From Alphaproteobacteria bacterium (GTDB lineage: Bacteria; Pseudomonadota; Alphaproteobacteria; JAQWUY01), in the NCBI GenBank assembly GCA_029250225.1, contig JAQWUY010000027.1, positions 9,917-73,916 of the forward strand: a DNA stretch of 64,000 bases, read 5' to 3'. The notes beneath the pieces were generated by a model. The model worked only from the letters and a program-made list of their open reading frames with translations, searched no databases and had not been told where the DNA came from. Position numbers and translations under genes: made by a program. Every line of letters starts with the position of its first letter. Position 1 is the first letter of the stretch. This document shows, piece after piece, positions 51,370 to 61,428 of this stretch.

Positions 51370-52140
51370 TTATACCTCTATTTCATCATTACCGTATAAA
51401 TCTTTAAATCCTTTTTCGACTTGCGAAATATATTCAGGGTCACCATCTCGCCAATATTTTGGATTATCCATCATTTTATAAAGACCAGCTTGGGTAATAC
51501 CAGATGCTTGATTATTATCAGTTATTGGAAATTCTCGTGACGATTCCATCATTGCATACAAATTTTTAATTCCTTTTACATCATATGATAATTCATCAAA
51601 AGTTGTTTTATTTAAATTTGCACTTCCCCAATTTGCAATATCTAGTTTTATTTTTTCCCATTTTTCAACTCCCCCAAAATGCAACGATAGCTCTTGCTCC
51701 ATTAACTCGATTTTTTCATTGGCGATTTGATTTAGTTCTTCCCCCATATACTCATTCGCCATTTCATATACTTTTTGAGCTTGGGCTTGTGAAAAACCAT
51801 TTTCAATCATTTGTTGCTCTAAATCATTATTACGACTTATATTCATTTCATCTATATTTATATCATATCCTTGTTCAGGTATAACATTGTTATCATCAAC
51901 TTGCTGTTCAATGTCCTTGTCTTGTGAATAAAATTTCTTTTCCAATTCACTATACGACTTTAATATTTGTTCATACTGTATTTTACCATCTTTGATAAAT
52001 TTTTCAGGTACATTATCAATAGAAATATTTTCCTGTGTAACCCTATCACTATCAGTTTCACCTTGCTCAGATAACATAACATTATCCGTATTTTTATCTT
52101 CATTTGCACTATTTAAATTTTCGCTGTTAATCTCTACCAT
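51370..52140 (-). CDS. hypothetical acidic protein (pI strongly acidic, Glu/Asp/Gln-rich)
   Basis: 256 aa. It has good translation signals: an AAGGAAGGA Shine-Dalgarno 10 nt before the ATG and a TTGACA-N17-TATTAA promoter upstream. I recognise no family. Its composition is reminiscent of scaffold, chaperone or effector-type acidic proteins. Confidence 0.5.
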   Translation of the reverse strand: MVEINSENLNSANEDKNTDNVMLSEQGETDSDRVTQENISIDNVPEKFIKDGKIQYEQILKSYSELEKKFYSQDKDIEQQVDDNNVIPEQGYDINIDEMNISRNNDLEQQMIENGFSQAQAQKVYEMANEYMGEELNQIANEKIELMEQELSLHFGGVEKWEKIKLDIANWGSANLNKTTFDELSYDVKGIKNLYAMMESSREFPITDNNQASGITQAGLYKMMDNPKYWRDGDPEYISQVEKGFKDLYGNDEIEV

Positions 52141-52184
52141 TCAGTGGATTCCTTCCTTGTTTATCATTAAAAATAATAACAACA

Positions 52185-52213
52185 TTAATAGGATAATATT
52201 CTTATTATGTCAA
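52185..52213 (-). promoter_or_regulatory. putative sigma-70 promoter (TTGACA-N17-TATTAA) for the acidic orphan gene
   Basis: On the minus strand, TTGACA lies at 52213-52208, the spacer is 17 nt, and TATTAA lies at 52190-52185. This places it about 45 nt upstream of the start codon at 52140. Confidence 0.3.
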
Positions 52214-52269
52214 GGAAAAAGAAAATTGTGTAGATATATAAATTATATTTTTTATTGAATAGTCACTTG

Positions 52270-53277
52270 TTAAATTACGAGATGCGTTGCAATTAATAAA
52301 ACTAATATAGCTATAAATATCGTTTCAAGAATAATTAGCAATACATATTTATAGCCAATATTAAAAATATCTTTAAATGAAGTTTTAAGCCCCAATGCAA
52401 ACACAGCCATTGTTAGTAATATTTTTGAAATAAATGAAAGTGTTGTATTTATTTGCCAATTAATAGCCGGTAATTCAAAAAGTAATAAATCAAAACTATT
52501 AAAACCAACAAGTATAATAAACACAATTAAAAATGTTGGAAATGGTGCTTGTGTATTTATTTCATTATCTTGTGATTTATTTTTTAGAACTAATGCCATT
52601 ATTATTGCTAATAAAAATACTACTGGCAACAACATTGCAACTCGGAATAATTTTGTTACAGTTGCGATATCACCAACTTTTTCAGAAATACTTAACCCAG
52701 CCCCTACTACTTGTGCCACATCGTGTATAGAACCACCCAAGAACACTCCGGCTTGTAAAGAATTATATTCCATATACTTTATAATTAATGGATATAATAC
52801 CATTGCAATTGTACTTAAAATATTAACAGCCACAATAACAAATAATGTTTGTTTTTCAATTCTTTTATTGTGTGGAAATATACTTGAAACTGCCATAGCC
52901 GCAGATGCTCCACAAATAGCAACAGCCCCGCCCGATATGGTTCCTATCCTAGAATCAAGCCCTATTAAACGAGCAACAACAATACCAAAAAATATAGTTA
53001 CAAAAACCGATAAAACCAAAGCAAATAAAACATCAAAACCTAATATTGACATTTCATTGAATGTAATTCTTGCCCCCAATAATGCAACACCTATCCTTAG
53101 TATTTTTTTACCTGTATAATCTACACCTTGTTTAGTTTTTTCATTATATAATAATGATGATAATAAAATACCGATAAACAGAGCATAAAGCATATATGAA
53201 CCACCTATATACTTTGATAAAATTTGCGACAAAATCGCAAAAATCAAGCACATGATGATAACTAATAAATTTTTCAT
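52270..53277 (-). CDS. UPF0324/YeiH-family inner-membrane protein (putative sulfate exporter family)
   Basis: 335 aa with about 10 TM segments. The N-terminal block LSQILSKYIGGSYMLYALFIGILLSS and overall topology are YeiH-like. Confidence 0.55.
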   Translation of the reverse strand: MKNLLVIIMCLIFAILSQILSKYIGGSYMLYALFIGILLSSLLYNEKTKQGVDYTGKKILRIGVALLGARITFNEMSILGFDVLFALVLSVFVTIFFGIVVARLIGLDSRIGTISGGAVAICGASAAMAVSSIFPHNKRIEKQTLFVIVAVNILSTIAMVLYPLIIKYMEYNSLQAGVFLGGSIHDVAQVVGAGLSISEKVGDIATVTKLFRVAMLLPVVFLLAIIMALVLKNKSQDNEINTQAPFPTFLIVFIILVGFNSFDLLLFELPAINWQINTTLSFISKILLTMAVFALGLKTSFKDIFNIGYKYVLLIILETIFIAILVLLIATHLVI

Positions 53278-53400
53278 TTTAGATGATTTTTTCTTTTACA
53301 AATAATTAGATTAACTAAACAATAACACTATATAATCAATCTAATTGTTTGTCTAACACATAATATAAGTAATAAAGCTTATTATCATTGAAACATAAAT

Positions 53401-53434
53401 AAAAAAAAGCCCCACCAAATGGCAGGGCTTTTAT
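53401..53434 (-). terminator. rho-independent terminator downstream of the surface-protein gene
   Basis: The minus strand reads AAAAGCCCTGCCATTTGGTGGGGCTTTTTTTT. The stem AGCCC(T)GCCA/TGGTGGGGCT is followed by a T-run of at least 8. Confidence 0.7.
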
Positions 53435-53463
53435 AGTTTTAATATTTTGTTTACTGTGTATTA

Positions 53464-54975
53464 TTATTGATATGTTACATCGTAAGTAAATTCCTTCGCA
53501 TTATACTTAGTTCCACCTTCTAATTTCAATTTAATTTTTATTGTTCCTGAATTACCAGCACCAGTGCTAGTAGGATTAGCGACTAATTTATTCCCCGTAA
53601 AGCTACCTGTATTAATACCTGTAATCCCACCATCATCTGTCACCTCAAATGATAGAGTACCCATTTCAGTTGCATTATAAGCTACTTCACTTGAGCCGTT
53701 AGAAGAAGTAGAAAGTTTAAGATTACTTGCAGTAGGAAGAGTATATTGAGCACTATCAGCAATAGTAAGGTTAGAACCACTCAAACTAGAACCCAAATAA
53801 CCATAAGGATTGTTAGCACGATTAATTGTAACATTATAATCAACTGTTTTTTCATTATACTTATTATTAGTCGTAATTACTGCTCGAATTTTTATAGTGG
53901 TAGAAGTACCTGAACTGATAGTTGCACCGCTAAGGCTAAGAGTGCTACCTGAAATTGTCGCATTTGTAGTATTGTTTGCGTTGTTTATTGAGTATCTTAC
54001 CGTACCCATTGTATTAGAGGCATATCCAGTGCTACTAGCTAAAGCAACATCAACAGTACCGCCTAAAGTTGCTGTAAAACTAGGAGCGGTAATAGTTATG
54101 TTTTGTTTATCAAACTCTACATTGTATGTTCCAACATTACCAGAATTATACTTAGTACCGCCAGATGCTGATACTGTAACAGTTACTGAACCGGATTGAT
54201 CAGCAGAAACAACACCATTACTTATACTAAAACCAGAAGTACCCGACGGAATTGCATATGTAAGCGAACCCATTTCAGTTGTATTATAACTAGATGGTGT
54301 TACTGCTGCCACTGTTGTTCCCCATGCTACTGAGGTAGGGTTGCTAAATGATAATGCAGTTGCAGATTGTCTATCAAATGTTATAGTGTATGATCCAATA
54401 GTAGCACCAATGTATTGATTACCACCAAGTGTTGTTACTCGAACATTAATTGTACCAAATGAAGTAGCACCAGAAGCCACACCTGTAGAGCTATTCACAG
54501 AAGCACCAGTATTATTTGTGCCAATAATAGTATATGCATAAGCACCATATTTAGCTGAATTATAATCATTTGGAGCCGTAATAAGACTACTAGGCGAAGC
54601 GGAATTAGCATAAGAACTACCTGAAGCAATCACAGTTGCAGGATTTCCACTTACATTAAAACCACTCGGTGCATTAGTATTAATTGTAACATTATAATCA
54701 ACTGTTGCTGCATTATAATAACCATTAGCCGCAATTATTGCTCGAATTTGTATAGTGGCAGAAGTACCTGAACTGATAGTTGCACCGCTAAGGCTAAGAG
54801 TACTACCTGAAATTGTCGCACCTGTAGTATTGCCTGTGCTGTTTATTGAGTATGTTACCGCACCCATTGTACTAGAATCGTATCCAGTGCTACTAGCTAA
54901 AGCAACATCAACAGTACCGCCTATAGTTGCTGTAAAACTAGGAGCGGTAATACTTGTAATAACTAATCTTTTTTC
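53464..54975. repeat. tandem duplication of an approx. 860-bp unit within the surface-protein gene
   Basis: The ORF-track frames at 53897-54199 and 54755-55060 translate to about 85%-identical peptides offset by 858 bp. At the protein level, residues about 315-603 correspond to about 604-817. Confidence 0.8.
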
Positions 54976-55917
54976 TAAGTACACTTTATTTTCGCGTATA
55001 ACTTCGTCATATCTTTTATCCCAAACTTTTGTAGCGCTTGGGGTAGTATTTACTCGTTGATTTAACTTTTCTCCAAAATTATATTTAAAATTTAAAAATA
55101 ATTCTTCAGAAGAATTATTTTGATCAGAATTATCATACTCACCACCGAAACTTATGTGCGGTGTTAAAAAATATTCCGCGCGCAATTTAACCCCTGATTT
55201 CCTATCGACATCGCCAGAAAAACTATATCTTTTCAAATTAATTTTTAAATTATCAACCTTTGGCATTCTTCCGGAAACACCAAAATCATGACCATTTAAA
55301 ACTCTCTCACCATTCATAAAAGCAGATTGCCCTCTTTGGTATAAATTTCCATAAAAATCGTATTTAGGTGTACTCAGACTTAAGCCAAGTGAATGCCTAG
55401 AATGTGGTGATGAAAATAAATTAGATGACGAAAGCAAACCATCTTGAGAGCTTTTTAAATCATAAAATGTATTAATCTCAAGCATAGCTTCTTTACCACC
55501 AACAAAATCTTTGAATTCAGGAGAAACATCTACCAATGTACGATGTCCTAAACCAATGTTTAAAGTTTTGCCATTATTTGAATCATATGTAAAGTTTCCC
55601 TGAAGAAAAGAAAGTTTTTTTAATGTTTCATTAAGTACTATAAAACCTGAAAAATTGTATTCTGAAAAAGATTGCATACCACCTTTAACCCACTTTATAC
55701 CTAGGTTATCGGCGTCTTTATTTATTTTCTCAATTAATTTTTGGCTAAATAAAGAATAGGGATTTACTTCACTAGTAATCTGTTTTTCACTTTCATATGC
55801 TATTTTATCATCATATGTAATTCCATCAGCATATGTCAATGAAGTGAAATTTTGAGATATTATCAAAATAGAATAAATTGAAATAAAAGAAATAAGTTTA
55901 TATATATATTTTGTCAT
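53464..55917 (-). CDS. large surface protein with N-terminal beta-rich outer-membrane domain and C-terminal tandem Ig-like (Big-type) repeats; inverse-autotransporter (intimin/invasin)-like architecture
   Basis: 817 aa. A signal peptide (MTKYIYKLISFISIYSILIISQNFTSLTYA) is followed by about 280 aa with alternating-hydrophobic beta-strand patterns (YFLTPHISFGGEY; LFLNFKYNF). Five Ig-like modules of about 95 aa follow. They are organised as a roughly 290-aa three-module unit present in about 1.8 tandem copies (ITAPSFTAT(I/L)GGTVDVALASSTGY...VDYNVTIN). Confidence 0.5.
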   Translation of the reverse strand: MTKYIYKLISFISIYSILIISQNFTSLTYADGITYDDKIAYESEKQITSEVNPYSLFSQKLIEKINKDADNLGIKWVKGGMQSFSEYNFSGFIVLNETLKKLSFLQGNFTYDSNNGKTLNIGLGHRTLVDVSPEFKDFVGGKEAMLEINTFYDLKSSQDGLLSSSNLFSSPHSRHSLGLSLSTPKYDFYGNLYQRGQSAFMNGERVLNGHDFGVSGRMPKVDNLKINLKRYSFSGDVDRKSGVKLRAEYFLTPHISFGGEYDNSDQNNSSEELFLNFKYNFGEKLNQRVNTTPSATKVWDKRYDEVIRENKVYLEKRLVITSITAPSFTATIGGTVDVALASSTGYDSSTMGAVTYSINSTGNTTGATISGSTLSLSGATISSGTSATIQIRAIIAANGYYNAATVDYNVTINTNAPSGFNVSGNPATVIASGSSYANSASPSSLITAPNDYNSAKYGAYAYTIIGTNNTGASVNSSTGVASGATSFGTINVRVTTLGGNQYIGATIGSYTITFDRQSATALSFSNPTSVAWGTTVAAVTPSSYNTTEMGSLTYAIPSGTSGFSISNGVVSADQSGSVTVTVSASGGTKYNSGNVGTYNVEFDKQNITITAPSFTATLGGTVDVALASSTGYASNTMGTVRYSINNANNTTNATISGSTLSLSGATISSGTSTTIKIRAVITTNNKYNEKTVDYNVTINRANNPYGYLGSSLSGSNLTIADSAQYTLPTASNLKLSTSSNGSSEVAYNATEMGTLSFEVTDDGGITGINTGSFTGNKLVANPTSTGAGNSGTIKIKLKLEGGTKYNAKEFTYDVTYQ

Positions 55918-56038
55918 TTAGGCCCTGTATTCTTAGAACTTTAGGTTTTTTGTATACATTAAAACACACCTTAAGGGCGTGCATACTTATATATATATTG
56001 ATATATAGATTTATGTCAAGGTGTTTTATAGTGAAAAT

Positions 56039-56899
56039 TTAAATTAATATATTTTTATCAAAACAAGATAAGACTTTTTTTACAACATTAACATCATTAC
56101 CTGTTTTATCTAGCTGTGGGTTATATTCAACTACTTCTAGAACATCAAGGCCTTCAAGATTTGTGTTGTTAAATGAATCCATAACATCATTTAAAATCAA
56201 TCCATTTTTTACTGGCGTTCCAACAGCTGTTATTTCTTGTACATCTAGGCAATCCATATCAAAGCTAATACCGAATTTAATGCCTTTATTTTGAAAACTA
56301 CTTATTACAGATTGAAAACATTTTGCAAATCCGACTTTTTTTACTTCCTCAGCATAAAATACTTTAATGTTTAGTTTTTCAGCTAATTCTCTCTCTTTGC
56401 TTTCGTAGCACCTTGTACCAATAAAAGCAACATTTTCAGGTTTAACTTTTATTCCATTATATAATATATTAGTTAAACGGTTGTCACCATAACCCATTAA
56501 ACCGGCAACGGGCATTCCGTGCGGATTAGATGAATCAGATGTTTCAAATGTATGCAAATCAAAGTGCGCATCAACCCACAACACCCCGTAATCTCCTTCG
56601 TCTTTTGTTGCACCTGACCAAGTTCCAAAACCTGATGAATGGTCACCCCCGATAACAATTGGAAAGTGATTTTTTTGTTTTTGTTCATAAACTGCACGAG
56701 CGAGGTTTTTGCAAGATTCTGCCAAATTATCAACACACTCTTTTCGGCGTTTTGAATTATCCATTGTAATCATAGTCGCCATTTTATTTTTTACTTGTGG
56801 TATATTATCACTAATTACGCAAGGGGCTTTTTCACACCCAATAGTTCCAGCACCAGCACCAAATTCAGCACCTATGTAAAATATTTCTTTTTTAATCAT
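56039..56899 (-). CDS. rocF: arginase-family ureohydrolase (most likely arginase)
   Basis: 286 aa. The manganese-ligand motifs GGDHS (IVIGGDHSSGFG), DAHxD (WVDAHFDLHT) and SFDxD (ISFDMDCLD) are present. It is translationally coupled (1-nt overlap) to the upstream ornithine cyclodeaminase gene. Confidence 0.7.
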   Translation of the reverse strand: MIKKEIFYIGAEFGAGAGTIGCEKAPCVISDNIPQVKNKMATMITMDNSKRRKECVDNLAESCKNLARAVYEQKQKNHFPIVIGGDHSSGFGTWSGATKDEGDYGVLWVDAHFDLHTFETSDSSNPHGMPVAGLMGYGDNRLTNILYNGIKVKPENVAFIGTRCYESKERELAEKLNIKVFYAEEVKKVGFAKCFQSVISSFQNKGIKFGISFDMDCLDVQEITAVGTPVKNGLILNDVMDSFNNTNLEGLDVLEVVEYNPQLDKTGNDVNVVKKVLSCFDKNILI

Positions 56900-57936
56900 T
56901 ACTCCACCAATAAGCTAAATAAATTTTTCGGATCTTTAATATCAGGTATCATTTCATAAATTTCACCAATATTATACTTTTCAGACAATGTATGAATTAC
57001 ACTTAATGCAGATAAATCTTCTAATGCAATGCCAACACTATCAAAAACTGTTATTTCATCATCATTATTACGACCGACTTTATCACCGCGGATTATTTCG
57101 TAAAAATGAGCATCAACTATGCTACGCGCTTTTTCTTCATCAAAAACTTGAATTTCGCCTTCTATAAATGATTGATCAAAAAATTCAACTGCCACATAAG
57201 AATTTTCTAGAATTTCTTTTTGTAATTCAGTTTTTCCCGGACAATCGCCACCCAAACCATTAATATGTTGACCTTTTGTAAGCCAATCATATTTTATTAC
57301 TTCTGCGTGAGCCTTGCAAGCCGTACAAACAATTATAATATCTGCCCCTGTTACCGCAGATTTTGCATCATTACAACGAACTAAATCAACTTTATGACCA
57401 GCAAAATTTAATTTCATATTTTGTTCATACTTATCCATTGCTTTAGGGTCTGTATCGAAATATCTAATCTCTTTGATATCGCGAATTAACTTATGAGCGA
57501 TAGTTTGATATTCAGACTGCGCGCCGTTACCAATAACCGCCAATGTGCTAGCATCTTTTCTAGCCATAAGGTCACTAGCGATTGCCGATACACTAGCAGT
57601 CCTAAGAGCTGTTAAAAGTGTCATCTCTGTTATTAATATTGGGTAACCGTCATCTACATTTAATAACTGTCCAGTTGCAACAACAGTTTGTTTCCCAACA
57701 GCTGTATTTTTAGGGTGTCCATTTACACACTTAAAAGCAAATTTTTCTTTGCCACAAACAGGCATTAATTCCAAAACACCGCCATCAACATGAAATGCTG
57801 GCCTAGGTATATTTTGGAAACTTTCCCAATTTGTAAAATCTTTTTTCAATTGTGCCATTATATCTGCAAAAATAGCTTCGATGCCTTGCTTATGAATCAA
57901 TTGTGTCATCATTTTTACATTTAGTAAACGAACCAT
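56899..57936 (-). CDS. ocd: ornithine cyclodeaminase (OCD/mu-crystallin family)
   Basis: 345 aa. It has an OCD_Mu_crystall-like fold with a Rossmann motif (LAVIGNGAQSEYQ) and a conserved N-terminal substrate region. Confidence 0.7.
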   Translation of the reverse strand: MVRLLNVKMMTQLIHKQGIEAIFADIMAQLKKDFTNWESFQNIPRPAFHVDGGVLELMPVCGKEKFAFKCVNGHPKNTAVGKQTVVATGQLLNVDDGYPILITEMTLLTALRTASVSAIASDLMARKDASTLAVIGNGAQSEYQTIAHKLIRDIKEIRYFDTDPKAMDKYEQNMKLNFAGHKVDLVRCNDAKSAVTGADIIIVCTACKAHAEVIKYDWLTKGQHINGLGGDCPGKTELQKEILENSYVAVEFFDQSFIEGEIQVFDEEKARSIVDAHFYEIIRGDKVGRNNDDEITVFDSVGIALEDLSALSVIHTLSEKYNIGEIYEMIPDIKDPKNLFSLLVE

Positions 57937-58104
57937 AGCATTAATTCCTTAAAGTTAAATTTAATAGAAAAAAGTATCATACTATAAAAATATTGTAAAT
58001 TATAATTTTGCAATAATTTTTAAAAATTTTGCATTAACATTGACTTTATTTCTGTAAAATGGTTATATCTTTTATACTTATTATTTTTATGTAGGAGAAT
58101 TATT

Positions 58105-58653
58105 ATGACAGTATTATCAAACCGCATTACAATATCAACTAACAATACAATAGCAAAAAATATCTTATTAGCATTTTTAGGTTCAATAATAATCTCTATT
58201 TCAACACAAATTATGGTTCCAATGTTTCCAGTGCCAATGACAATGCAAACATTCGCTGTATTATGTGTAGGTATGTCACTTGGTTCTAGGTGGGGTTCAA
58301 TATCTACAATGATGTATTTAGCACAAGGTGCTATGGGATTGCCCGTGTTCGCAGGTGGTAAATTTGGATTGATTACATTATTTGGGCCAACTGGTGGATA
58401 TTTATTTGGTTATGTATTTAGTGCTTTCGTTGTTGGTTATATGGCGGAAAAAGGTTGGAATAAATCATTTATAAAAATATTTACAGCAATGCTAGCAAGT
58501 AATGCTGTTTTATACACATTGGGGTTAATTCAACTAGGCATTGTTGTTGGTTGGGATAAACCAATCCTTGAATGGGGTTTATATCCATTCATACTAGGAA
58601 TGCTTGCTAAAACAACAGTCGCATCTGGATTATTCTCAAAAACTATCAAATAG
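58105..58653 (+). CDS. bioY: biotin transporter BioY (ECF-type S component)
   Basis: 182 aa with six TM segments. The conserved BioY block is VPMTMQTFAVLCVGMSLGSRWG. Confidence 0.8.
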   Translation: MTVLSNRITISTNNTIAKNILLAFLGSIIISISTQIMVPMFPVPMTMQTFAVLCVGMSLGSRWGSISTMMYLAQGAMGLPVFAGGKFGLITLFGPTGGYLFGYVFSAFVVGYMAEKGWNKSFIKIFTAMLASNAVLYTLGLIQLGIVVGWDKPILEWGLYPFILGMLAKTTVASGLFSKTIK

Positions 58654-58687
58654 AATTAATTAATAATTATATTAATATAAAATTATA

Positions 58688-58720
58688 AAGCCGAAGAATT
58701 GTAAACTCTTCGGCTTTTTA
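58688..58720. terminator. bidirectional hairpin terminator between bioY (+) and fhs (-)
   Basis: The stem AAGCCGAAGA / TCTTCGGCTT (10 bp) has loop ATTGTAAAC and is followed by TTTTA. On the opposite strand it is followed by a TTTATAATT tract. Confidence 0.65.
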
Positions 58721-58737
58721 AATTTATCAAGAACTTA

Positions 58738-60414
58738 TTAAAACAAGCCTTGGATATTGCCTTTATCATCTAATACGATAGTTTCAGCTGATGGCTTCTT
58801 GGGCAAACCAGGCATTGTCATAATTGCACCTGTAATTGCGACGATGAAACCAGCTCCGGCAGAAAGGCGAACTTCACGAACATTCACACTATGTCCGCTC
58901 GGCGCACCCATTAAAGAAGGATCTGTTGAAAATGACATTTGAGTTTTTGCCATACAAATTGGTAAATTACCGTAACCTTCATCTTCCCATTGTTTTAATT
59001 GTTGGCGTACTTTTGTATCAGCTGTTGCTTCATCAGCACGGTAAATTTCTTTGCAAATTGTGTTAATTTTATCAAATAACGGCATATCATCTTTGTAAAG
59101 TGGTTTAAAGTTTGCTTCACCTTTTTCAACAACACTAACAATATGCTTTGCTAATTCTTTTGTACCTTTCGAACCTTCGCCCCAATGCGTAGCCTCAAAA
59201 GCAACCACACCCATTTTAGTACAAAAATCTTTAACCATTTTTATTTCTGCGTCTGTGTCTAGGATAAATTTATTAATCGCAACTGTTACCGGAACACCAA
59301 ATTTCGCAACATTTTCTAGGTGACGACCTAAATTACACAAGCCGTCTTTTAATGCGTCTAAATCTTCTTGACCTAGTTCATCTTTTTTACGCCCTCCGTG
59401 CATTTTTAATGCTCGAATTGTTGCCACTAATACAACAGCTTCTGGCTTTAAACCTGCTTTGCGACATTTAATATCAAAGAATTTTTCCGCTCCTAAATCA
59501 GCACCAAAACCTGCCTCTGTCACAACATAATCAGCAATTTTTAATGCAGATTTTGTTGCCGAAACTGAATTGCAACCGTGAGCAATATTTGCAAAAGGCC
59601 CACCGTGTACAAATGCAGGATTATTTTCCAATGTTTGCACTAAGTTAGGCATTAATGCTTCTTTCAATAATACAGTCATTGGACCATCGGCTTTTAATTC
59701 GCGGGCTGTAATTGGTTTTTTCTCACGCGTGTAGGCAACAACAATATCACCTAAGCGTTTTTGTAAATCTTGCAAACCATCGGCAAGGCAGAAAATAGCC
59801 ATTACCTCTGATGCTACTGTGATATCAAAACCGGTTTGACGCGGATAACCATTGCCAACTCCACCGATTGAAGAAACAATATCACGCAATGCACGGTCGT
59901 TCATATCTAGGACACGGCGCCATTGGACACGGCGAACATCAATACCCAATTCATTGCCCCAATGAATATGATTATCTAACATAGCAGACAATAAGTTATG
60001 TGCTGATGTAATTGCGTGAAAATCACCAGTAAAATGTAAATTAATATCGTCCATAGGAACAATTTGTGCATAACCGCCACCAGCGGCACCACCTTTTATA
60101 CCAAAGCAAGGGCCTAGTGATGGTTCGCGAAGTGCAACCATTGCATTTTTACCAATTGCATTTAAACCGTCACCCAAACCAACTGTTGTTGTTGTTTTTC
60201 CTTCACCGGCGGGGGTTGGTGAAATCGCTGTGACCAAAATTAACTTGCCATCTTTTTTAGACTTAATACTTTCTAACCATTCAAAAGAAACTTTACCCTT
60301 GTGTGGCCCGAACTGCAATACAGCATCTTGTGGAATTCCTGCTTTTTTTGCAACCTCTATAATTGGTTTCATATTTGCTTTGCGAGCAATCTCAATATCA
60401 CTTTTTACCATCAC
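58738..60414 (-). CDS. fhs: formate--tetrahydrofolate ligase (formyl-THF synthetase)
   Basis: 558 aa. The N-terminus ([24 protein letters not shown]) and the P-loop region ([21 protein letters not shown]) are canonical FTHFS signatures. Confidence 0.9.
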   Translation of the reverse strand: MMVKSDIEIARKANMKPIIEVAKKAGIPQDAVLQFGPHKGKVSFEWLESIKSKKDGKLILVTAISPTPAGEGKTTTTVGLGDGLNAIGKNAMVALREPSLGPCFGIKGGAAGGGYAQIVPMDDINLHFTGDFHAITSAHNLLSAMLDNHIHWGNELGIDVRRVQWRRVLDMNDRALRDIVSSIGGVGNGYPRQTGFDITVASEVMAIFCLADGLQDLQKRLGDIVVAYTREKKPITARELKADGPMTVLLKEALMPNLVQTLENNPAFVHGGPFANIAHGCNSVSATKSALKIADYVVTEAGFGADLGAEKFFDIKCRKAGLKPEAVVLVATIRALKMHGGRKKDELGQEDLDALKDGLCNLGRHLENVAKFGVPVTVAINKFILDTDAEIKMVKDFCTKMGVVAFEATHWGEGSKGTKELAKHIVSVVEKGEANFKPLYKDDMPLFDKINTICKEIYRADEATADTKVRQQLKQWEDEGYGNLPICMAKTQMSFSTDPSLMGAPSGHSVNVREVRLSAGAGFIVAITGAIMTMPGLPKKPSAETIVLDDKGNIQGLF

Positions 60415-60483
60415 ACTCTCCTTTAAACGAAATTCAAATTAATTGTTATAATATAGAACTAAAAAAGTAAAGAAATTTAATTA

Positions 60484-61425
60484 TTATAAATTAACCTTAA
60501 ACCCTTTACCTTTTAAATCAAATTTACCGTCGGCAACGCTATACATCCAATTTGCTGATTTTTTTAACCCCCCTAACGGGTACATATGCATTTGTTTAAT
60601 TAAACAATCTTTGTCCAAATGCGATGCAACAGCTAGTTGGCGAACTAATACATCAGGTTCAGAACAAGGGGCATTAATATATTTACCTATAAATGTATCT
60701 TTTAATATCAATTTTGCTGTGGTGCTTGGTTGCTTTGTAAGCATACGCATTGAGGGGCCAACTCCACACATTTTTGCAAGTTTTAATAAAGTTTTAACAC
60801 TTGCCAAACCGGGAACACCAATATGTATTGGTAATTCGTTACCCGCATCACGAATTCTTTTTTCCCATTTAAGGCAAGGTTCAGATTCAAATGCAAATTG
60901 AGTAGCAATATAAAGTTTCATATCAGTATCTTTTGCATAAGCATTTTTTTCACGAATAGCTTTCATACAATCCGCATCTGGGATATCTGGCGAACCTTCT
61001 GGGTGTCCTGCAACTCCCATTTTTTTAATACCGTATTTTTCAAATAATCCTGTTTTTAAAACTTCCATAGAACAAGAAAAATCTCCGACCTGATTATCAA
61101 CCCCACCGCCTACTAACAATCCTTCTTCTACACCAGTTTCATCTTGTAATAATTGTAAATTTTGCTCTAAAAATTTTGCTGATGGAATAGAGCGGGCTGC
61201 AAAATGGGGAACTGGGTTGAAGCCTTCTTGTTTTAATTTTTTTACAGTTTTTATTGTATCGGCAAAATCTGAATTAGGTAAAAATGTAACATAAACCGTT
61301 GTTCCAGTTCTTAAAATATCGTTAAAATTAGCTATTTTTTCTGCACCTCTTGGTGTTTCTTCAATAGTTGCTTTTTTTACAAAATCTATAATTATTTGTT
61401 TTTCTTGTTCTTTACTTAAATGCAT
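60484..61425 (-). CDS. metF: 5,10-methylenetetrahydrofolate reductase (MetF family)
   Basis: 313 aa TIM-barrel MTHFR-like protein with FAD-binding region blocks (VYVTFLPNS; HFAARSIPSAKFLEQNL; IATQFAFESEP). Confidence 0.75.
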   Translation of the reverse strand: MHLSKEQEKQIIIDFVKKATIEETPRGAEKIANFNDILRTGTTVYVTFLPNSDFADTIKTVKKLKQEGFNPVPHFAARSIPSAKFLEQNLQLLQDETGVEEGLLVGGGVDNQVGDFSCSMEVLKTGLFEKYGIKKMGVAGHPEGSPDIPDADCMKAIREKNAYAKDTDMKLYIATQFAFESEPCLKWEKRIRDAGNELPIHIGVPGLASVKTLLKLAKMCGVGPSMRMLTKQPSTTAKLILKDTFIGKYINAPCSEPDVLVRQLAVASHLDKDCLIKQMHMYPLGGLKKSANWMYSVADGKFDLKGKGFKVNL

Positions 61426-61428
61426 AAG

